From Crocosphaera subtropica ATCC 51142 (GTDB taxonomy: Bacteria; Cyanobacteriota; Cyanobacteriia; Cyanobacteriales; Microcystaceae), in the NCBI RefSeq assembly GCF_000017845.1, contig NC_010546.1:2970001-3002000 (forward strand): a DNA stretch of 32,000 nucleotides, read 5' to 3'. The notes beneath the pieces were generated by a model. The model saw only the letters and a program-made list of their open reading frames with translations, was not told the origin of the DNA and did not search any database. Position numbers and translations under genes: made by a program. Within the stretch, counting starts at the first letter, position 1, and each line of letters starts with the position of its first letter. Shown in pieces: positions 26,987 to 32,000 of the stretch.

Positions 26987-27011
26987 AGAATTTAGAATTT
27001 AGAATTTAGAA
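26987..27011. repeat. heptanucleotide tandem repeat (AGAATTT)x3 plus a partial copy
   Basis: Three perfect copies are read directly (26987-27007), followed by agaa. The repeat lies 6 nt upstream of the rhomboid start codon on the opposite-strand reading. Confidence 0.7.
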
Positions 27012-27154
27012 GTCAAAAATAAAATGATTAATTTTTTGACCCCAACTTAGCTTAACATTTCATTTGTGCTAGTTTCTAGGGAACAAAAAAAATCTCCCTA
27101 GACAAGCTAGAGAGAAGATTGTGAAAGTGAACTAAATTGCCTCTAAGGTTGGAT

Positions 27155-27640
27155 TTAGAAGTAGATTGATCCACCCCAATAAGAATCTAATTTTGGTGCC
27201 ACTAAAATATAACCAGACACATCATAAAGATCGTCTTCGGTGAAGTCTCTTAATTCTGGATAGATATCAGGGCGACTAACATTAACGTGTAATTCTGTAT
27301 AGTCGTCTTCTCCGTCGTAACTGGTGGGATATTTTAAATAATCAACCAAACCTAATACATTATCACGGGGAGGTTCAGCCAGGGATAAGTCTTCTAATCC
27401 CAAACTAACATTATTATTGGTCTTAGTTTTTCCTTGTAAGTGACATTGGGTACATTCACGAATGAATAGTCTTTGACCATTTGTGATCTGTTCACTGGTT
27501 AGGGTGATTGTTTCCCCTTCTTCGTTTAAAGGAACTGTCCGAGTTTCCTCGGTTAATTCTAAGGCATTGGCGTTATGGATGGGAAATTGTAAAAAGAAAA
27601 AGATAGCAGCGATCGCCATCAGAATGAATCGTTTCACCAT
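27155..27640 (-). CDS. psbV: photosystem II cytochrome c-550
   Basis: A signal peptide is present, then LTEETRTVPLNEEGETITLT, the haem motif CTQCH, and the C-terminal YWGGSIYF. Length (161 aa) is full. Confidence 0.95.
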   Translation of the reverse strand: MVKRFILMAIAAIFFFLQFPIHNANALELTEETRTVPLNEEGETITLTSEQITNGQRLFIRECTQCHLQGKTKTNNNVSLGLEDLSLAEPPRDNVLGLVDYLKYPTSYDGEDDYTELHVNVSRPDIYPELRDFTEDDLYDVSGYILVAPKLDSYWGGSIYF

Positions 27641-27879
27641 TGTTCTCCTGCAAATTATGATTTTGTGGGTATATTAATCTTTGCACGCATTACGGCAATA
27701 TCAACGATACCATAATTCCTGATCCTTAAACTTCCCTTCTCTGGGGGGAATGGGGGATTTTTTCAGGGATAAAAATCGATTCTCTCCCCTAAGCAAACTT
27801 CATAATTCTTAAAAGAAACTTCTCATAAATGTCGGCTACTTGTGTCATTAATGGTTGGGAAAGGCCAGAAAAGACACCC

Positions 27880-28542
27880 ATGTTAAAACTCTATCATTTG
27901 CCGATTTCCTTTAATTCTCGTCGTGTTTGGATTGCTTTACTGGAAAAAGGATTATCGTTTGAGTTAATTCCCATGAAACTCAACGGCGATCAACTAACTC
28001 CAGAATTTTTAGCCCTTAACCCTTTTCATCACATCCCTGTCCTGGTGGATGAAGCGTTTAGCCTCTTTGAATCCCTGGCTATCTTAGATTATCTCGAAGC
28101 GAAATATCCCACCCCTTCCCTAGTTCCTAGCGACCCCCAAGGATTAGGGACAGTTAAGATGATTAACTTAGTGACCCTGAATGAATTATTACCAGCAACA
28201 ACCCCATTAATTCAGCATAGTATGGGATTTATTACCCTAGACGAACAGAGGATAGCCAACACTAAAGAAAAAGTTGCTGTCGTTCTCAACTTTTTTGAGA
28301 CATCTCTCGGCGATCGCTCCTATATAGTTGGCAATACCTTAACGTTGGCTGACATTGTAGCAGGAACAATGGTGGGGTTTCTGCCTCAGATGGGTGTTTC
28401 TTTATCTGCCTATCCTCAATTAACCGCTTGGACAAAGCAATTAAGTCAACGGGAAAGTTGGCAACAAACGGAACCCCAACCAGAAGAAATTGACAAATTT
28501 CGAGAAACCATGAAGAAATTAATGGCTCAACGTGGTTCTTAA
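27880..28542 (+). CDS. glutathione S-transferase family protein
   Basis: MLKLYHLPISFNSRRVWIALLEKG, HHIPVLVD and ESLAILDYLE form the thioredoxin-like N-domain, followed by a helical C-domain. The track ORF starts 17 codons upstream at 27829, so the start is ambiguous. Confidence 0.85.
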   Translation: MLKLYHLPISFNSRRVWIALLEKGLSFELIPMKLNGDQLTPEFLALNPFHHIPVLVDEAFSLFESLAILDYLEAKYPTPSLVPSDPQGLGTVKMINLVTLNELLPATTPLIQHSMGFITLDEQRIANTKEKVAVVLNFFETSLGDRSYIVGNTLTLADIVAGTMVGFLPQMGVSLSAYPQLTAWTKQLSQRESWQQTEPQPEEIDKFRETMKKLMAQRGS

Positions 28543-28831
28543 GCTAGAGAGTGATTATATACTCTTTTCCCTGATCTTCTTACCTCCTTACTGGTTTTTT
28601 GTTTCTAGTCTCGGATTAAAGTTCTTATGTATTGTTAACGAATTTCTGCAATAATTTAAGGTGGACTTTGTAGACGACTTAACTCTCTCGATGGAGGGAA
28701 AAGAAAATTTTAGTAATCTGCTTGTCTAAAACACGGTTGCCATCATATTCTTTTAAAACGTACAACCTGTAATTATCGCTGAGATTGACTTCTCAACCTA
28801 TCAACTAACCTAGATCCATCCATCAATCGTT

Positions 28832-29374
28832 ATGACACAAGTATCTGGTTCATCCGATGTCCCCGATATGGGGCGTCGCCAATTTATGAACTTACTCACC
28901 TTTGGAACCATCACCGGAGTCGCTGCTGGTGCTTTGTATCCTGTGGTGAAGTATTTTATCCCCCCTTCGAGTGGTGGTGCCGGCGGTGGTATTACTGCTA
29001 AAGATGCCCTCGGTAATGACATTATGGCTAGTAACTTTCTGGCTACTCATAATGGAGGCGATCGCGTTTTAGCTCAAGGGTTAAAAGGTGATCCCACTTA
29101 CCTCGTGGTAGAAGGAGAAAATGCTATCGCTGACTACGGTATCAACGCCGTTTGTACTCACTTAGGCTGTGTAGTTCCTTGGAACGCCAGCGAAGACAAG
29201 TTTATCTGTCCCTGTCATGGTTCTCAATACAATGCTCAGGGTAAAGTGGTAAGAGGTCCTGCCCCTCTGTCTTTGGCTTTAGCCCATGTTAATGTGAGCG
29301 AAGACGATAAAGTGGTGTTCAGCGAATGGACCGAAACTGACTTTCGCACCGAACAAGATCCCTGGTGGGCTTAA
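28832..29374 (+). CDS. petC: cytochrome b6-f complex Rieske iron-sulfur subunit
   Basis: The 2Fe-2S boxes are [10 protein letters not shown] and CPCHGSQY. An N-terminal TM anchor reads [22 protein letters not shown]. Confidence 0.95.
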   Translation: MTQVSGSSDVPDMGRRQFMNLLTFGTITGVAAGALYPVVKYFIPPSSGGAGGGITAKDALGNDIMASNFLATHNGGDRVLAQGLKGDPTYLVVEGENAIADYGINAVCTHLGCVVPWNASEDKFICPCHGSQYNAQGKVVRGPAPLSLALAHVNVSEDDKVVFSEWTETDFRTEQDPWWA

Positions 29375-29488
29375 TTTCAGTGAATAGTGAACAGTAACCA
29401 CTCAATTGAACGGGTCACTGGTAACCGATAACTGATAACGAATTAACTCCCCTTTACTGTTTAAGAATTACATAAATTTGACTGAGCA

Positions 29489-30463
29489 ATGAGAATATCC
29501 GATTTTTCGGCAATTTGGTCTAAGGGTAAGCAAATTTTACTGCGATCGCTCTTGATCGTTGCAGCAACAGTTGCCTTATTCATAGGTAACGTACAAAGTG
29601 CTAATGCTTATCCTTTCTGGGCCCAAGAAACTGCCCCAGAAACCCCTAGAGAAGCGACAGGGCGAATTGTTTGCGCTAACTGTCACTTAGCAGAAAAAGC
29701 TGCTGAAGTAGAAATTCCTCAATCTGTTTTACCTGATACAGTATTTAAGGCTGTAGTAAAAATTCCTTACGATCTCGACTCCCAACAAGTTCTAGGAGAT
29801 GGATCAAAAGGTGGCCTCAATGTGGGGGCTGTTTTAATGTTACCTGAAGGGTTTAAAATTGCTCCCGATGAGCGCATTCCTGAAGAAATAAAAGAAGAGA
29901 TGGGTAGTGTCTACTTCCAGTCCTACAGCGAAGGTCAAGACAATGTGGTTCTCGTCGGTCCTTTACCTGGAGAACAATATCAAGAGATTATTTTCCCTAT
30001 CTTATCTCCAGATCCCTCTAAGGATAAAAATGTTAACTTCGGTAAGTATCAAGTTCACTTAGGGGCTAACCGTGGCCGGGGTCAAATTTATCCCACAGGA
30101 CAACCTAGCAATAATAACGTCTTCAAAGCCTCTAACGCTGGTACTATTAGCAAAATTACCGATCAAGAAGATGGTAGCTACATTGTCACTATTGCGACGG
30201 CAGAAGGAGATGTAGACGAAACGATCCCCGCAGGCCCTCAATTGATGGTTTCTGAAGGCATGGAAGTTGAAGCAGGACAAGCTTTAACCAATAATCCTAA
30301 TGTGGGTGGTTTTGGACAAAAAGACACAGAAGTGGTTCTCCAAAGTCCTGGCCGCATTAAAGGATTAATTCTCTTCTTAGCTGGTATCATGTTAGCCCAA
30401 ATTCTCTTAGTGATTAAGAAGAAACAAGTGGAACGAGTACAGGCTGCTGAAATGAACTTTTAA
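29489..30463 (+). CDS. petA: cytochrome f (apocytochrome f precursor)
   Basis: The signal peptide ends ...SANA, followed by the mature N-terminus YPFWAQE. The haem motif is CANCH. A C-terminal TM anchor is present. The gene lies immediately downstream of petC. Confidence 0.95.
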   Translation: MRISDFSAIWSKGKQILLRSLLIVAATVALFIGNVQSANAYPFWAQETAPETPREATGRIVCANCHLAEKAAEVEIPQSVLPDTVFKAVVKIPYDLDSQQVLGDGSKGGLNVGAVLMLPEGFKIAPDERIPEEIKEEMGSVYFQSYSEGQDNVVLVGPLPGEQYQEIIFPILSPDPSKDKNVNFGKYQVHLGANRGRGQIYPTGQPSNNNVFKASNAGTISKITDQEDGSYIVTIATAEGDVDETIPAGPQLMVSEGMEVEAGQALTNNPNVGGFGQKDTEVVLQSPGRIKGLILFLAGIMLAQILLVIKKKQVERVQAAEMNF

Positions 30464-30502
30464 TTAAGTTGGTTTAACCTTAGTGTTACTCTTCTAGTTG
30501 TA

Positions 30503-30534
30503 ACAGACAGGTTTCCCCCTGTCTGTTCTTTTTA
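30503..30534 (+). terminator. rho-independent terminator of the petCA operon
   Basis: The stem is ACAGACAGG-tttccc-CCTGTCTGT (9 perfect bp), followed by TCTTTTTAT. Confidence 0.8.
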
Positions 30535-30545
30535 TGCTTTAATAG

Positions 30546-30560
30546 TGATAATGATTCTTA
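30546..30560 (+). promoter_or_regulatory. candidate Zur/Fur-family operator overlapping a -10-like GATAAT upstream of the znuA-like gene
   Basis: TGATAAT-G-ATTCTTA compares with the palindromic Zur-box type TGATAAT-N-ATTATCA (7/7 + 5/7). It lies 22 nt upstream of the ATG of a His-rich-loop metal-binding protein. Confidence 0.4.
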
Positions 30561-30581
30561 TTGTCGTTGTAGCCTTAATCT

Positions 30582-31550
30582 ATGAAATCTTCTCAGAAGT
30601 GGTTATCAATGCTCCTTTTGACTACAATCCTAGGGATGAATAGTATCACAGGATGTAGTTCAAGCAATCCTGTCGACTCTGGGATTAATAAGAGTGACAA
30701 TCAAGAACAAAGCAACAGTCAAGATCAATTAGACATTACGGTGAGTATCATTCCCCAGAAATATTTTGTTAAGAAAATTGGGGGCGATCTCGTTAGGGTG
30801 AATGTCATGGTAGAACAAGGGGTACTCCCTCATACCTATGAACCCAAACCTCAACAATTACAAGCGTTAAGTGAAGCGGAGGCTTATATTGGTATTGGGA
30901 TTCCTTTTGAAACCGCATGGATGGATCGCATTAAGGAAGCAAACCCGAAAATGTTGATGGTTGACTCAACACAAGGAATTGATCGATTAACTATGATAGC
31001 CCATGATCACCATGAAGAAGAAGATCATGGTCACCATGAGGAAGAAACCACCCTTGATCCCCATGTTTGGTTATCTCCAAGATTGGTAAAAATTCAAGCA
31101 CAAAAAATTTATGAAACTTTAGTGAAACTTGATCCGAAACATCAGGAAACATATCAAACTAATCTCAATAGTTTTTTACAAGAAATTGAGGAATTAGACC
31201 ATCAAGTTAGGAATAACTTAGCTAACTTAAAACAACGTAAATTTATTGTTTTTCATCCAGCTTGGGGTTATTTTGCCGAGGAATATAACTTAACGCAAGT
31301 ACCCATTGAAGTGGGGGGACAAGAACCTAGCGCATCAGAGTTAGGAGACTTAATAAAAGAAGCTAAAAAAGAGAATATAAAAGTTATATTTGCTCAACCA
31401 GAATTAAGTAGTCAAGCTGCCAAAACCATTGCTAAAGAAATTAACGGAGAAGTCTTATTAATTAGTCCTACTGCTGCTGATTGGTCTAACAACTTACTAG
31501 AAGTTTCTCAAACCTTTGCCAAAGTGTTAAAAGAAGAAAATAATCAATAG
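30582..31550 (+). CDS. znuA: metal (probably zinc) ABC transporter substrate-binding lipoprotein, ZnuA/TroA cluster-9 family
   Basis: A lipoprotein signal is present (LGMNSITGC). It has metal-ligand regions HTYEPKP and DPHVWLSP, an acidic His-rich loop HDHHEEEDHGHHEEE typical of ZnuA, and FHPAWGYF. Confidence 0.8.
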   Translation: MKSSQKWLSMLLLTTILGMNSITGCSSSNPVDSGINKSDNQEQSNSQDQLDITVSIIPQKYFVKKIGGDLVRVNVMVEQGVLPHTYEPKPQQLQALSEAEAYIGIGIPFETAWMDRIKEANPKMLMVDSTQGIDRLTMIAHDHHEEEDHGHHEEETTLDPHVWLSPRLVKIQAQKIYETLVKLDPKHQETYQTNLNSFLQEIEELDHQVRNNLANLKQRKFIVFHPAWGYFAEEYNLTQVPIEVGGQEPSASELGDLIKEAKKENIKVIFAQPELSSQAAKTIAKEINGEVLLISPTAADWSNNLLEVSQTFAKVLKEENNQ

Positions 31551-31559
31551 TATAAATTT

Positions 31560-32000
31560 ATGAAAACTGAAGTCATTAATCTTAGTCATGTTTGGGCAAA
31601 ATATAATCATAGAAATCCTATTTTAGAAGACATTAACTTGACTATTTATGAAGGGGATTTTGTCGGATTAATTGGTCCCAATGGAGGAGGTAAAACAACT
31701 TTATTTAAAGTGTTATTAGGACTGATAAAACCCTATCAAGGAACTGTAAAAATTTTAGGTAATACTGTTAGTAAAGGAAGACGTTATATCGGTTATGTTC
31801 CTCAATTGGTAGAATTAGATCGAGAGTTCCCTGTGCGTGTCGCTGATGTTGTACGGATGGGAAGACTCGGAAAACGGCGATTATTGCAGCGTTATACCCC
31901 TCAAGATGAAATTATCGTCAATCGTACCTTAGAACAGGTAGGAATGATAGAATTACGCAATCGCCCTATTGCTGAATTATCCGGTGGCCAACGTCAACGA
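31560..32000 (+). CDS. znuC: metal ABC transporter ATP-binding protein (ZnuC-like), N-terminal 147 codons; continues beyond the window end
   Basis: I translated by hand from the ATG at 31560. The product reads MKTEVINLSHVWAKY..., with Walker A GPNGGGKTT, Q-loop YVPQ and signature LSGGQRQR at the window edge. The start is 9 nt after the znuA stop. Confidence 0.85.
   Translation, partial: MKTEVINLSHVWAKYNHRNPILEDINLTIYEGDFVGLIGPNGGGKTTLFKVLLGLIKPYQGTVKILGNTVSKGRRYIGYVPQLVELDREFPVRVADVVRMGRLGKRRLLQRYTPQDEIIVNRTLEQVGMIELRNRPIAELSGGQRQR

Overview
This is a cyanobacterial chromosomal window. Evidence: psbV, a petC-petA operon, sbtA/sbtB, 18 perfect copies of the HIP1 octamer GCGATCGC, and AT-rich spacers. 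I can support 31 protein-coding genes (two run off the window edges), one tRNA-Pro(UGG), several intrinsic terminators and a few small repeats. There is no CRISPR array, rRNA, transposase or integrase. Most content is ordinary housekeeping or membrane function: dapB, an ABCD-like ABC half-transporter plus an esterase, an MFP-RND efflux operon, a LivH-type permease, a ZnuA/ZnuC-like uptake system, GST, rhomboid and MTHFS. Signalling genes are two Hanks-type Ser/Thr kinases, a PP2C phosphatase and a PilZ protein. The most unusual stretch is about 7.2-10.5 kb, an atypically organised bicarbonate-uptake locus. There sbtB is divergent from sbtA and 1.5 kb away, and it lacks the C-terminal CGPxGC extension. 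The block looks GC-richer by eye than its surroundings. It holds about 1.2 kb with no credible long ORF, a twice-repeated palindromic module, a very strong hairpin, a small membrane ORF with its own terminator, and GC-rich multi-stem elements 3' of both sbt genes. Other points worth checking: a GalT-like protein whose nucleophile His is Gln; a 17-nt direct repeat bracketing the RND operon next to a MITE-like inverted-repeat element; and an orphan protein that I recall as 'dnd system-associated protein 4'-like beside the tRNA. All family assignments come from motif recognition by eye and memory; no searches or computations were run.
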